This document shows positions 1 through 9,119 of a stretch of DNA of 64,000 bases, in pieces; within the stretch, counting starts at the first letter, position 1; each line of letters opens with the position of its first letter. The stretch is from a virus (lineage: Duplodnaviria; Caudoviricetes): IMG/VR virus record IMGVR_UViG_2900577576_000002, positions 887-64,886 of that record, one strand, 5' to 3'. The translations under genes and the position numbers were made by a program. The notes beneath the pieces are model-generated. The model did no database searches, was not told the DNA's origin, and saw only the letters and a list, made by a program, of their open reading frames with translations.

Positions 1-2
1 CT

Positions 3-173
3 GACGCACATCTCGCGCGAGTGCTGCGCCGGTCCACGTTCCGGCCATGCAAGTTTTGCGGCACGCAAATCTATTTTGAGGACCGTCGCCCCTACGAGTC
101 GGGCAGCTATCCGCATGTTTGCGGGCAGATGCAACGCGCGGCACTGGACGCGCTCCGCAATAGCGCCGCCTGA
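3..173 (+). CDS. 3' end of a hypothetical phage protein (5' end outside the window)
   Basis: Open frame to TGA at 171-173 with a CxxC motif (PCKFCG). Confidence 0.5.
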   Translation, partial: DAHLARVLRRSTFRPCKFCGTQIYFEDRRPYESGSYPHVCGQMQRAALDALRNSAA

Positions 174-191
174 CCCCCAAGGAGCCTGACC

Positions 192-644
192 ATGAATACG
201 AAGTACACGCCGCGTTATGAAGTTACGCATGACGGCCGGGTGTTTTCTGTGGATACGAATTGGCGCGGCATGGGCAAGCGGGAGATGGTTCAGACGCTTA
301 ACGCTCACGGCTATCCGTCAGTGCGAATCATCGTCAACGGAAAGCGCAAGCGCGTAACTGTGCATTCGTTGGTGGTGAAAACGCATATTGGGCCGCAGCC
401 TGCCCCGGGGTACGAGATTCGACATCTTGATGGCAACAAGCTCAATCCGCACTACAAGAACTTGGCGTGGGGAACCCAGAAAGAGAACGCGGCAGATCGT
501 GATCTGCACGGAAAAACGTCGCGCGGCAAGAAGCATTCCGATGCGATCAAACGCAGCAAACATGCTGAGAAAGTTAAACGTGGCGCCGAGCATTACATGG
601 CTCGCGCCAAAGCCACCGGAGCCAGCCATGTGCATGACAAATGA
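192..644 (+). CDS. HNH homing endonuclease (NUMOD4/HNH_3-like)
   Basis: RYEVTHDGRVFS N-terminus; EIRHLDGNKLN..NLAWGTQKEN HNH motif; GGAG RBS. Confidence 0.85.
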   Translation: MNTKYTPRYEVTHDGRVFSVDTNWRGMGKREMVQTLNAHGYPSVRIIVNGKRKRVTVHSLVVKTHIGPQPAPGYEIRHLDGNKLNPHYKNLAWGTQKENAADRDLHGKTSRGKKHSDAIKRSKHAEKVKRGAEHYMARAKATGASHVHDK

Positions 645-840
645 AGCCGCAGCGATCAAATTGGCCGAGCGCGACAACCTTGTGGGGGAGTTAGTGGAGG
701 CGTTGGAATCGTTCGTAAAAGCCGTCGAATGGGCCGATGCAAACAAAGATTCGCCGTATAGCGCCCTTAAGCACTTTTCGTACTGCGCGCATGCGGCACG
801 TGAGGCAATCGCCAAAGCCCGCGAAGGAGCCCAGTCATGA
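634..840 (+). CDS. Hypothetical phage protein
   Basis: MTNEAAAIKL..AREAIAK, typical early-gene ending; coupled to neighbours. Confidence 0.6.
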   Translation: MTNEAAAIKLAERDNLVGELVEALESFVKAVEWADANKDSPYSALKHFSYCAHAAREAIAKAREGAQS

Positions 841-1025
841 ACTCAAGCGACGTGAAATGCGTGCAGGGCGCAATCGTCCTGTACATCGACCCGGCAGCAG
901 TGGTGGATACGACAAAGCTTGTGCGTGACACCGATTACGTGCTGCTGCAGATGATGGGGAAGATCAAGCATCGGGCGGATGGGTTGCCAGCGTTGCGATA
1001 CAGCGGCTGGCCTTTTAAGCACTAA
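837..1025 (+). CDS. Hypothetical phage protein
   Basis: ATGA overlap with upstream ORF. Confidence 0.55.
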   Translation: MNSSDVKCVQGAIVLYIDPAAVVDTTKLVRDTDYVLLQMMGKIKHRADGLPALRYSGWPFKH

Positions 1026-1043
1026 CGCTACGCCCGGCGTAAT

Positions 1044-1229
1044 GGGCGCTCTGTGATTGAGATTGCGATGCCTCTGGATGCCCCCGGTGGCTTTTGTCGG
1101 CCGATACGTAGTCTCAATCACAGAGGGTGAAGGAACAGGGGAAGAGTTCCGGCGCGCCAACTGGACGCGAGTTGGTCGGTTCGCATCCCAAGCTAAAGGG
1201 ACACCTGGGTTACCCACCGCCAGGCGCCC
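1044..1229 (+). ncRNA. Candidate structured RNA or attenuator (multibranch)
   Basis: Perfect 14 bp inverted repeat 1049-1062/1112-1125, several further hairpins, closing GGGCGC/GCGCCC pair. Confidence 0.4.
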
Positions 1230-1248
1230 TCTCTAACAGGAGATCGCA

Positions 1249-1434
1249 ATGCAATTCTCGAAAGACGTACGGCACTACGCCAGCACACCGCGTTCGCTGA
1301 GTTCTTCCAAATTCGGGCCGTATGCGCGGCTGTCGGTGGAAAAACGCAAGGGTATCGCTGACTGGGCCTATGCAATCGGCATCGGGGCATGCATTGGGGT
1401 CATGTGGTACGTCACCGTTCTGGCTCGCGCCTGA
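1249..1434 (+). CDS. Small single-TM membrane protein
   Basis: AGGAG RBS; hydrophobic C-terminus WAYAIGIGACIGVMWYVTVL. Confidence 0.65.
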   Translation: MQFSKDVRHYASTPRSLSSSKFGPYARLSVEKRKGIADWAYAIGIGACIGVMWYVTVLARA

Positions 1435-1625
1435 CATGGAAGACGACCTAGACGACGCCGCTGACTGTTTGTTTTGGTACGAGGAAAGAAATGGAAGCTG
1501 TGTTTCACGATCTGCGCTCCGCACTAGTTGCAGCAATGCGCGAATGGCAGCGGTGCCGATGGCTGCGCAAGCATGGCAACCCGGATCGTTGCCCCTTTTA
1601 AACCAATCAGAAAAGGAATCAGGAA

Positions 1626-2288
1626 ATGAGCATCGCGACGATGATTATCGGAGAGAGCGGAACCGGAAAGAGCACGAGCCTCCGCAACCTTGACCCGCAA
1701 AACACGCTGTTGATTCAGGCGGTAAAGAAGCCGCTTCCGTTTCGCTCGACGGACTGGAAGCCCGTTGTGAAGGGCCAAGGAGGATCTGTTTTTGTCAGCG
1801 ACAACAGCGCCCATATCGTTGCCGCCATGCAGCGCACAGACAAGGAAATCATTGTCATTGATGACTTCCAGTACGTGCTTGCAAACGAGTTCATGCGCCG
1901 CGTGACGGACAACGAAACCGGCAATGGTGCATTCGCCAAGTACAACGAAATCGCCCGCCACGCATGGGATGTGCTAATGGCATCGACCTCGCTGCCGGAT
2001 CACAAGCGCGTCTACATCCTGAGCCACACCAGCACAGACGATTTCGGTAAGACCAAGATCAAGACCATCGGCAAGCTGCTCGACGAAAAGATCGTCATGG
2101 AGGGTCTTGTGACCATTGTGCTGCGGACCGTGGTTGCCAACGGCGACTACATGTTCAGCACCAAGAACAACGGCCAAGACACGGTGAAGTCACCGATTGG
2201 CCTCTTTGAATCCGATCTGATCGAGAACGATCTCGCCCAGGTGGACAAGGCGATCACTGCCTATTACGACCTCAAGCAAGCAGCATAA
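1626..2288 (+). CDS. Sak4-like / AAA_24 P-loop ATPase (phage recombination)
   Basis: Walker A GESGTGKS, Walker B IVIDDFQ; followed by an SSB-like gene. Confidence 0.8.
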   Translation: MSIATMIIGESGTGKSTSLRNLDPQNTLLIQAVKKPLPFRSTDWKPVVKGQGGSVFVSDNSAHIVAAMQRTDKEIIVIDDFQYVLANEFMRRVTDNETGNGAFAKYNEIARHAWDVLMASTSLPDHKRVYILSHTSTDDFGKTKIKTIGKLLDEKIVMEGLVTIVLRTVVANGDYMFSTKNNGQDTVKSPIGLFESDLIENDLAQVDKAITAYYDLKQAA

Positions 2289-2298
2289 GGAAACCAGC

Positions 2299-2985
2299 AT
2301 GTACACACTCGATAAGCAAGCAGCTATGAACGCTGACAGCACGGGCAAGTGGCTCACCGAAACCGGCAAGTATGTTGGCCGCATCCTGTGCGCCGAAGAC
2401 ATCAAGTCGGATCGCACGGGCACGAAAGGCATTGCTCTGACCCTGCAAGCCAACGATGGCCGCGAAACGCGCCAATTCATCTACACCGAGAAAGAAGACG
2501 GCACGCGCCTCTCTGGTTTCGATCTGGTGATGGCGCTCATGACCTGCCTGAAGCTGCGTGACATGAAGCCCGTGACCGGACAGGTCAAGCGCTGGGACCG
2601 CGAGGCAAAGCAGGAATACATGGAGCAAGGCCAGGTATACCCCGAGCTTGCCAACAAGCAGATTGGCTTCCTGCTGCAGAAGACCGAAGAAGAAAGCCGC
2701 AAGACGCCCGGAGAAACCGCGTGGACTGCAAAGTTGGTTGGCGTGTTTGAGTCGCAAACCGAACTCACCGCGTCCGAAATTCTGAGCGGCAAAAAGACTC
2801 CGGAAGCGCTTGCGCAACGTGTGGCATTGCTGGCCGACCGTCCGTTGAAAAAGCGTCCCGCAGCAGCAAGCCATAGCTCTGCCAATGCCTATACCAATGC
2901 ATCGAATGGCGGCGGAGCAGGCTTTGACGACTCAGATATTCCTTTCCTTCAGCACATGCGCGGCTTTGCTGGGCACCTGATCTGA
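2299..2985 (+). CDS. Phage single-stranded DNA-binding protein (Sak4-associated)
   Basis: Gly/Ala linker then acidic DDSDIPF SSB tail motif; position after Sak4. Confidence 0.7.
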   Translation: MYTLDKQAAMNADSTGKWLTETGKYVGRILCAEDIKSDRTGTKGIALTLQANDGRETRQFIYTEKEDGTRLSGFDLVMALMTCLKLRDMKPVTGQVKRWDREAKQEYMEQGQVYPELANKQIGFLLQKTEEESRKTPGETAWTAKLVGVFESQTELTASEILSGKKTPEALAQRVALLADRPLKKRPAAASHSSANAYTNASNGGGAGFDDSDIPFLQHMRGFAGHLI

Positions 2986-2994
2986 TGAACCGCC

Positions 2995-3276
2995 ATGATC
3001 GATTTCAAAGACATTCCAGAAGAGTTGATTCGAGCGCGCGGCCAGTACGCAACTGTGCGGTCCGCGCTTGATGACGAGATGCGGAACATGCAAACGCTCT
3101 GTGCCGTTATCTCGTCTCGGTCGGCATCGGTTCTTCGTGATCTGCAAGAGGGACACGATGTGAAGCATGTTCTTGACGAGATGCGCGACAAGATCAACGA
3201 GATGGAAACGTCCGCCAAGTCGATCAAGGCGCTGCAAGCCCAACGTGCCGAATTGAAGTCTGCCGCCTGGAGTTGA
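2995..3276 (+). CDS. Hypothetical coiled-coil protein
   Basis: In-operon ORF, helical composition. Confidence 0.6.
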   Translation: MIDFKDIPEELIRARGQYATVRSALDDEMRNMQTLCAVISSRSASVLRDLQEGHDVKHVLDEMRDKINEMETSAKSIKALQAQRAELKSAAWS

Positions 3277-3277
3277 T

Positions 3278-3685
3278 ATGTCTGCTGCAAAAACCTTCGT
3301 CCTGCGCGGCGAACCCAACGCGCAAGCCCTGTGGAACTTTCTCAAGCACAACTGGAGGGCGCTGGCTGATGCTGGTAAGCCGCTGGCTGTGGATATATCT
3401 GAATACCACGCCAAGCGTAGCCTAGACCAGAACAAGCGCCTGCACGCGATGCTGAACGAGATTTCGCAGAACGCTTACCTGAATGGGCGCCGGTACGAGA
3501 TGGAGGCGTGGAAAGAATTTTACCGCGCGCGATACATCGGAACCGAGGAAATCGAGTTGCCAGACGGACGGCGGATCGAGCGGGGCATTTCAACGACAAC
3601 GCTGAACAAGCAGGAATTCGCGGACTTTCTGACCGCAATCGAATCCCACGCCGCAGCAGAGTTCGGCCTTGAGTTCAGGGACTAG
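3278..3685 (+). CDS. ninB: NinB-family recombination protein
   Basis: KRSLDQNKRLHAMLNEIS and STTTLNKQEF motifs. Confidence 0.8.
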   Translation: MSAAKTFVLRGEPNAQALWNFLKHNWRALADAGKPLAVDISEYHAKRSLDQNKRLHAMLNEISQNAYLNGRRYEMEAWKEFYRARYIGTEEIELPDGRRIERGISTTTLNKQEFADFLTAIESHAAAEFGLEFRD

Positions 3686-3696
3686 CCGAGGAAGAC

Positions 3697-4047
3697 ATGG
3701 ACAAGAGATTTACCGCTGGGCCGTGGAGTACGCGCGGCGAAGACGGCAAGTACTTCGATGAACATTCGTGGAACGCTGACAACCACGATGCCGGCCGCAC
3801 ATCGTTTGTCCCAGTGCATGCGAATGGGACCGTTGTTGCCCTAGTTGTGCGCACAGATTGGAACGATGAAAAGCTGGATGCAGACGCGAATCTCATCGCC
3901 GCTGCGCCCGAACTTCTGAAGGCTCTTGAAGATTTGTTCGGCGCAGATATGGAGTACTGCATGCGCATGGACGGCAAAGAGGATCAGCTTGAGGCCATCA
4001 GCAATGCTAGAGCCGCCATCGCTAAGGCTCTTGGAGACTCCACATGA
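3697..4047 (+). CDS. Hypothetical phage protein
   Basis: TAGPW and ANLIAAAPELL motifs common in phage early genes. Confidence 0.75.
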   Translation: MDKRFTAGPWSTRGEDGKYFDEHSWNADNHDAGRTSFVPVHANGTVVALVVRTDWNDEKLDADANLIAAAPELLKALEDLFGADMEYCMRMDGKEDQLEAISNARAAIAKALGDST

Positions 4048-4402
4048 CCCCCGAGCGTGAAGCGCAGTTGCGCGAGATGTACATCAAGGAATTTGGCGAG
4101 CGCCCTAACAGCGCAGGAAGCTACCGGGAGCAAGACGACGCCGACGAATGGGATGTGCGTCTAGTTGGCTTCCTCGCCTGCGCCCGCGCGCTTGAGCCGT
4201 TGGTTAGGGATGGGAGCTACTGGAGAAGTTGAGGCAGAAGCTCGAATGTGATGGATTTGGTTATTGGCTGCCCGAGATTTGTCTCAAAGAGATTCCGCCT
4301 GATGTAGAGGGTGTGGGGACTCCACCGACTCAAGAAGAGTTCAGAGAAGCAATCGACGCAGCCATGAGCGCCGCGCTGGAGGATGGAAATGCAACTGAGT
4401 GA
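4044..4402 (+). pseudogene. Hypothetical protein split by a 1 nt deletion at the G run 4212-4214 (or sequencing error)
   Basis: The -1 frame continues ELLEKLRQ..EAIDAAMSAALEDGNATE to TGA 4400-4402, overlapping the next start. Confidence 0.55.
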
Positions 4403-5666
4403 ACAGCAGATCAACCTGCTCCGAGAATTGCTGGGCTACATCGAGTTTGACCTCACAGGCCCGACCGAGGAAAAGGTGCACAAGGCGCTAGAAGCGCTTG
4501 ACGGGCTCCGCGCGCAGGCTGATGCGCGGCCCGTGGCTAGGTTTCACTTCGACGAAGCTGAGCTAGACGCCCTGTACGAAGCCATCGAATGGGCCAAGGA
4601 TGAAGGACTGCCCGGTACGGCGGAACACCTGCAGGCGATCTTTGATGCGCACGACCCCGAAGCATCGGCGCCGGGGCTGAGTGTCGAAGACGCAATGCGC
4701 ATCGTGATGACGAATTGGGGCGACAAAGCCGCGATTGAAAAGGCGTTCGCCGCGAACCTCACCCGCGCCAGCGCCGCGACTGTGGCCGAGCCGGATACCG
4801 ACAATGTGTGGCCTATCGTCAATATCACCGTCAGCGAAAACGGCGAGGTGACGGCCGCGAAGCTCTACGCGCCAGGCTTGCCGGCAGGAAATCACGATGT
4901 CTATCCGGTTCGCGTGCCATACATGGATGAGCACACCGAGGCATGGATGGCCGTAGCGAAGGCGCTCAAAGAGGTCGCGCCGGGCTATCTCGATGGTTCC
5001 GGGAACGGCATCGAGTGCGCCGTGAAAGCGATTCACCGCCTAGCCGCCCAGCAGCAGGCCGAGCCGCGGGCGGATGAGCGGGCAGTTGCCACACCGTTCC
5101 TGACTACCCAAGTTGAGGGCGACCCCAACCCGGCAAAACAACGGTTCCGCTTGGTCGCTGAATACCGATCCTTAGACGATATGTATCGAGGTCACGATCT
5201 TTTTGTATCTGCCGTAAAAGCCGCCCAATCCCCCCAATTGGCGCCACTGACGTGGTACGACGGCGAGCCGCCTTTCCCGCAGCGCGAGGAATGGTTCATC
5301 GCGGAAACCATCTATGGTGAGCGTGTAGTACTTCGTGCGCTGCCGGAGGAATACACCTACGACTACAAAACCGCAGATGAAACATACATGAAGGCGAAGA
5401 ACGTCAAGCGCTGGATGCAATTCCCAGATTGCGAATTCCTGCCACCTAAAGCCGCCCAGTCCGGCCAGCGGGCGGGCGTGGCGGAGGATGCACGGGATGC
5501 GGCGCGGTATCGCTGGATGCGTGCTGCGTGGCTTGCTGACCCCGACGCGGGCGAAGACATTGCGTGGACGCCGATCATGCATTGCGTAGACGAGACTGAC
5601 ATGGATTCTGCAATCGATGCCGCTATCGCCGCCGCCCCCACGCAGCAGCAGGAGGGCGGGAAGTGA
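4383..5666 (+). CDS. Mosaic modular phage protein (paralogous linkers with 50074-51186)
   Basis: 427 aa ORF; shares ordered short linkers with the 50074 ORF; DAARYRW/IDAAI motifs. Confidence 0.8.
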   Translation: MEMQLSEQQINLLRELLGYIEFDLTGPTEEKVHKALEALDGLRAQADARPVARFHFDEAELDALYEAIEWAKDEGLPGTAEHLQAIFDAHDPEASAPGLSVEDAMRIVMTNWGDKAAIEKAFAANLTRASAATVAEPDTDNVWPIVNITVSENGEVTAAKLYAPGLPAGNHDVYPVRVPYMDEHTEAWMAVAKALKEVAPGYLDGSGNGIECAVKAIHRLAAQQQAEPRADERAVATPFLTTQVEGDPNPAKQRFRLVAEYRSLDDMYRGHDLFVSAVKAAQSPQLAPLTWYDGEPPFPQREEWFIAETIYGERVVLRALPEEYTYDYKTADETYMKAKNVKRWMQFPDCEFLPPKAAQSGQRAGVAEDARDAARYRWMRAAWLADPDAGEDIAWTPIMHCVDETDMDSAIDAAIAAAPTQQQEGGK

Positions 5667-6331
5667 AACGGCGCCTTTGGTCTCCCGCAGAGGTCGAGCT
5701 TCTGAGACGGAACTATGCTGATTCGCGCACGGATGATCTCGCGCGAGTGCTGGATAGGCCCTCCTACTCTGTATCAAACAAGGCGTATGCGCTCGGCCTT
5801 CACAAATCTGCCGCGTTCCTGGAGAGCAAAGATTCCGGGCGGCTCGATGGCTCGCGAGACAACGGCATGCGCTTCGCCAAGGGCCTGACGCCCTGGAACA
5901 AAGGCACCACGGGCGTTGTTGGCGTGCAGGAAGGCTGTCGCGCGACTCAGTTTAAGAAGGGACAGTCGCCCCACAACACGCAACCGATTGGCAGCTTTCG
6001 CCTAAACAAAGAAGGCCATCTGCAACAGAAGATCAGCAACGCCAGCGGATCGAACAGCATGCGTTGGCGAACCGTGGCCGAGCTCGTCTGGTGTGCCGCC
6101 AATGGCCCTTTGCCGCCAAAGCACATGGTTGTCTTCCGGCCCGGCTTGTTCTCCAACAAGTTGGAGGAGATCACGCTGGGCCGCATTGAGTGCATCAGCA
6201 TGGCCGAAAACGCACGCCGCAACCATCCACGAATGCGTGATCCAGAGTTGGCGAAGCTGGTTCAACTCAAGGGCGCAATCACGCGTCAGGTAAACCGTAT
6301 CGTCCGCGAGGCGAAAGAGAGGCAATCGTGA
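5663..6331 (+). CDS. HNH-type endonuclease with N-terminal Myb-like repeat
   Basis: WSPAEVELLRRNY N-terminus; PWNKG; HMVVF..N..IECISMAENARRN. Confidence 0.75.
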   Translation: MKRRLWSPAEVELLRRNYADSRTDDLARVLDRPSYSVSNKAYALGLHKSAAFLESKDSGRLDGSRDNGMRFAKGLTPWNKGTTGVVGVQEGCRATQFKKGQSPHNTQPIGSFRLNKEGHLQQKISNASGSNSMRWRTVAELVWCAANGPLPPKHMVVFRPGLFSNKLEEITLGRIECISMAENARRNHPRMRDPELAKLVQLKGAITRQVNRIVREAKERQS

Positions 6332-6582
6332 GCAACAACATGACCACCGTTCGGCAGCATCTTCTTGACACGCTGGCTGACCTCCGCGACCGCAACAACC
6401 CCATGGAGGTTGAGCGTGCACGCGCGGTTGCGGACGTTGCCCGCGTCCTTGTCGATAGCGCCAAGGTGGAGGTGGACTACATCAAGGCGACCGCAGGAAA
6501 TGGGGCTCCGTTCTTGCAGCCCGAAGACGACCAGGCGCTGCCAAACGGCATCACGGGTATCACACGCCATGTTTGCCAGTAG
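6328..6582 (+). CDS. Hypothetical phage protein
   Basis: GTGA-coupled to the HNH gene. Confidence 0.65.
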   Translation: MSNNMTTVRQHLLDTLADLRDRNNPMEVERARAVADVARVLVDSAKVEVDYIKATAGNGAPFLQPEDDQALPNGITGITRHVCQ

Positions 6583-6608
6583 CGCAGCCGCAGCCATTGG
6601 AGAGAGCG

Positions 6609-6878
6609 ATGCCGATGATTGAGACGGTGCCGCGCGTGGTGTACCGCTCACCTTCACGTGGGCGCGCGTACTTCACAGCGAAAGCGGCGGCTAAAGCAGA
6701 AGCTGGTTGCATGCTGGCTAAGAAATATCCGTCCGAAAGGCCTGCGTACGAAGACGGCTTCTGTTTCGATCCGGGCTACCACTGGAGCGAGGACGAGCGT
6801 CTACGCCGCGTGCATGAGCGCCTGGTGCGCCTGATCTTGAAGAAGCTGCGGGCCAAGCCCGAGCATGGGGAGGGGTGA
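6609..6878 (+). CDS. Hypothetical phage protein
   Basis: In-operon ORF with GAGAG RBS. Confidence 0.6.
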   Translation: MPMIETVPRVVYRSPSRGRAYFTAKAAAKAEAGCMLAKKYPSERPAYEDGFCFDPGYHWSEDERLRRVHERLVRLILKKLRAKPEHGEG

Positions 6879-6879
6879 G

Positions 6880-7260
6880 ATGCTAGTCGAGAAATTAGGC
6901 GGTGCGCTGCTGGACTACTGGGTGGCGCGCGCGATGCGTGATGGCGAAGCGGCCTATTTCGAACAAGACGAGAACTGGCACGCTACGCTCAACGGCGTGC
7001 CCGTGCATTATTCAACCGACTGGGCGCAGGCCGGCCCGATCCTAGAGAACGAGTCAATTTCAACAGTCAAGATGTACGGCGAATGGCGTGCGGGCTATGG
7101 GTTCAATGTCGGGACAGAGTACGGAGAGCCCTGCCACGAATTGAAGCATGAGCAGATCGGCAAGACCCCTTTGCAGGCCGCCATGCGTGCCTACGTGGCG
7201 AGTAAGTTCGGGGATGAAGTGCCAGATATGGCAGACGCGCAGTCGGGATCGGCTGGCTAG
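6880..7260 (+). CDS. NinX / DUF2591 family protein
   Basis: LDYWVARA, YSTDWAQAGPIL, TPLQAAMRAYVASKFG motifs. Confidence 0.8.
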   Translation: MLVEKLGGALLDYWVARAMRDGEAAYFEQDENWHATLNGVPVHYSTDWAQAGPILENESISTVKMYGEWRAGYGFNVGTEYGEPCHELKHEQIGKTPLQAAMRAYVASKFGDEVPDMADAQSGSAG

Positions 7261-7268
7261 GAGGAAGG

Positions 7269-7502
7269 ATGGAAGCGAAACCGACCAACACGGCCAGCAT
7301 TGCGCCTGGCCTGTTCTGCAAAGCCTGCGGCTGGCCGGTGATTCATGCTTGCTGTAATGATGAGATGGGCGCCCCGCCGTGGGGTACGGACTATTGGGGC
7401 TACTGCTCAAACAAGGGATGCGTGAACCACGACGGCGAAGATTGGGGCGAGTACGACCCTGATTTCGCGTTTCGGGAAGATGCACAGCAGGCTGCGGGCT
7501 AG
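7269..7502 (+). CDS. Hypothetical Cys-rich protein
   Basis: GGAGG RBS; CKAC..CC..YCSNKGC. Confidence 0.6.
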   Translation: MEAKPTNTASIAPGLFCKACGWPVIHACCNDEMGAPPWGTDYWGYCSNKGCVNHDGEDWGEYDPDFAFREDAQQAAG

Positions 7503-8662
7503 GCCGCCTCAAACATCTCCGGGCAAACGGTATTGCGCGCCACCTGCCCATATTTCTCGTGGTAGGTGATGATGCTGGCCGCGCGCTCGGAAATCCACCC
7601 GCCCCGAGCTGCGTAGGCGTCTCGAGCGGCCAACGTCGGATGCTGGACAACCGTCATGCCGGCGTATTCCTTCTCGTCGACGTGATGACGATGACCGCAA
7701 TGCGCAAATCGCTTGGTCGTGGCGCCCCATATTTTGGGGAACTGCGCCGCAAACAGCATCGGTAATTGCTCGTTCTTGACCTTGTGGCCGTGGTGGAAGG
7801 CCAGCATCGTTTCGCCATGCTGATACACGTAGAACGGCAATTCGGAATCGTTCACCTTGAGCCGCGGCTCGTTTTCGTAGAGCGCCGCGAACATGTGACG
7901 CATCCAGACTGAGCTGCTTTCGTCGTGGTTCCCTTCGCAGATGATCAGATGCACGTTCTCATGCTTTGAAAGCGCATGGTCGATCAGCCGACGAATCACG
8001 CGCACGGCAGCGCCGACGATCTTGGAGAAGCGTCCGTCAGCATCAAGCACGTGATGGTGCGCCGGGGTGACAGGCAACAACGAGTCGACGTGCAAAGCAT
8101 CACCTTGAAGGCACAACACGCAAGTCTTTGCCTTCGGCGCCGATTCGATCATGTGGATAAAGCTGGCCAGCAAGACCTTCTCGGCGATCTTCAGATCCCA
8201 ATTCGCGCCGCCCTCCTTCTCCCACGCAAGCATGCCGATGTGGTAGTCCGAAAAAACGGCCAGATTGCATAGCGCAGCATCCGTCTTTTCCGGGGCTGCG
8301 GCGGCCTTCACGCGCGGCAGCGTCTCTGCCATCGCTTCCGCTGCGGCACGGATTGCGGCCTCAGTTTGGTTGGCGTCAGGATGCTGCCGCTGCCAATAGC
8401 GCTCGACTTCGCCGGTTTTGGCATTGACCGCAACTGTGACCTTGCCCGTCAAGTAGCCTGGCGCGACGCCGCCGGTCCAGTGCCCCGGCGCATACCCTTC
8501 CCGGGACGCCCTCACCTTCACCCGCCGAACAGCCCCGGACACGGTGCCCGAACCGATGCCCAGCAGCTTTGCGGCCTTGCGCTCGCTCCCCTCCGATTCG
8601 ATCGCTTCCAGAATCTGGAGATCGCGCGGCGTTGCCCATTCTTTCAGTCGGGTATCGATCAT
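7499..8662 (-). CDS. N-terminal HTH plus calcineurin-like metallophosphoesterase
   Basis: SERKAAKLLG HTH; SDYHIG, GDALH, GNHD, HHGH, GHRHH motifs. Confidence 0.85.
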   Translation of the reverse strand: MIDTRLKEWATPRDLQILEAIESEGSERKAAKLLGIGSGTVSGAVRRVKVRASREGYAPGHWTGGVAPGYLTGKVTVAVNAKTGEVERYWQRQHPDANQTEAAIRAAAEAMAETLPRVKAAAAPEKTDAALCNLAVFSDYHIGMLAWEKEGGANWDLKIAEKVLLASFIHMIESAPKAKTCVLCLQGDALHVDSLLPVTPAHHHVLDADGRFSKIVGAAVRVIRRLIDHALSKHENVHLIICEGNHDESSSVWMRHMFAALYENEPRLKVNDSELPFYVYQHGETMLAFHHGHKVKNEQLPMLFAAQFPKIWGATTKRFAHCGHRHHVDEKEYAGMTVVQHPTLAARDAYAARGGWISERAASIITYHEKYGQVARNTVCPEMFEAA

Positions 8663-8663
8663 G

Positions 8664-8876
8664 TCAGCTATTCAGTTTGGCGGCCCAGCAGCCGCACCAT
8701 TCGCCCGCATCCACCACAGGGAAGACGCTGGTGGTGCTGCTCTCTTGGAAGTCCACAGCAACTACAGGCGGATTCCTGCGGCATTCGTTACGCCCTTCCT
8801 TGGGCACGAAGTACCGGCAGTTTTCGCAAGCGATCAGCAGTTCGACGGGCTCGGGTTGTTTCTTGCGTGTGGCCAT
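8664..8876 (-). CDS. Small Cys-rich hypothetical protein
   Basis: CENCRYF..CRRNPP..WCGCW. Confidence 0.65.
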   Translation of the reverse strand: MATRKKQPEPVELLIACENCRYFVPKEGRNECRRNPPVVAVDFQESSTTSVFPVVDAGEWCGCWAAKLNS

Positions 8877-8880
8877 GGAA

Positions 8881-9117
8881 TCAGTCCGGAAGCGTTGCGT
8901 TGGCGCCGTCGTCGGTGTTGATCGACAGCTTGCAGTGATCCTTCTGGAACAGATCAAGGAACCGGCAGAGAACGCAGGCCCAGCGCTTGCCCTTGAGTTG
9001 CGCCTTGCCGGCGCGCGAGGACAGCATCTCGTTGGCATCGCCGCCGGTCAGCACGTTCAGGCCGGCATCCAGCCAGCGCAGCCAGTTCATGGCGTAGCGT
9101 TTGAGGAATGCGAGCAT
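8881..9117 (-). CDS. Hypothetical lysis-region protein
   Basis: AGGAG RBS; DAGLNVLTGGD..SSRAGK..C..L..F.KDHC. Confidence 0.65.
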   Translation of the reverse strand: MLAFLKRYAMNWLRWLDAGLNVLTGGDANEMLSSRAGKAQLKGKRWACVLCRFLDLFQKDHCKLSINTDDGANATLPD

Positions 9118-9119
9118 GG

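Noticed and set aside
7260-7502. att site between the left arm and the late genes
   Set aside because: No copy of the tRNA-Val 3' sequence found by eye; the ORFs abut with overlapping stops
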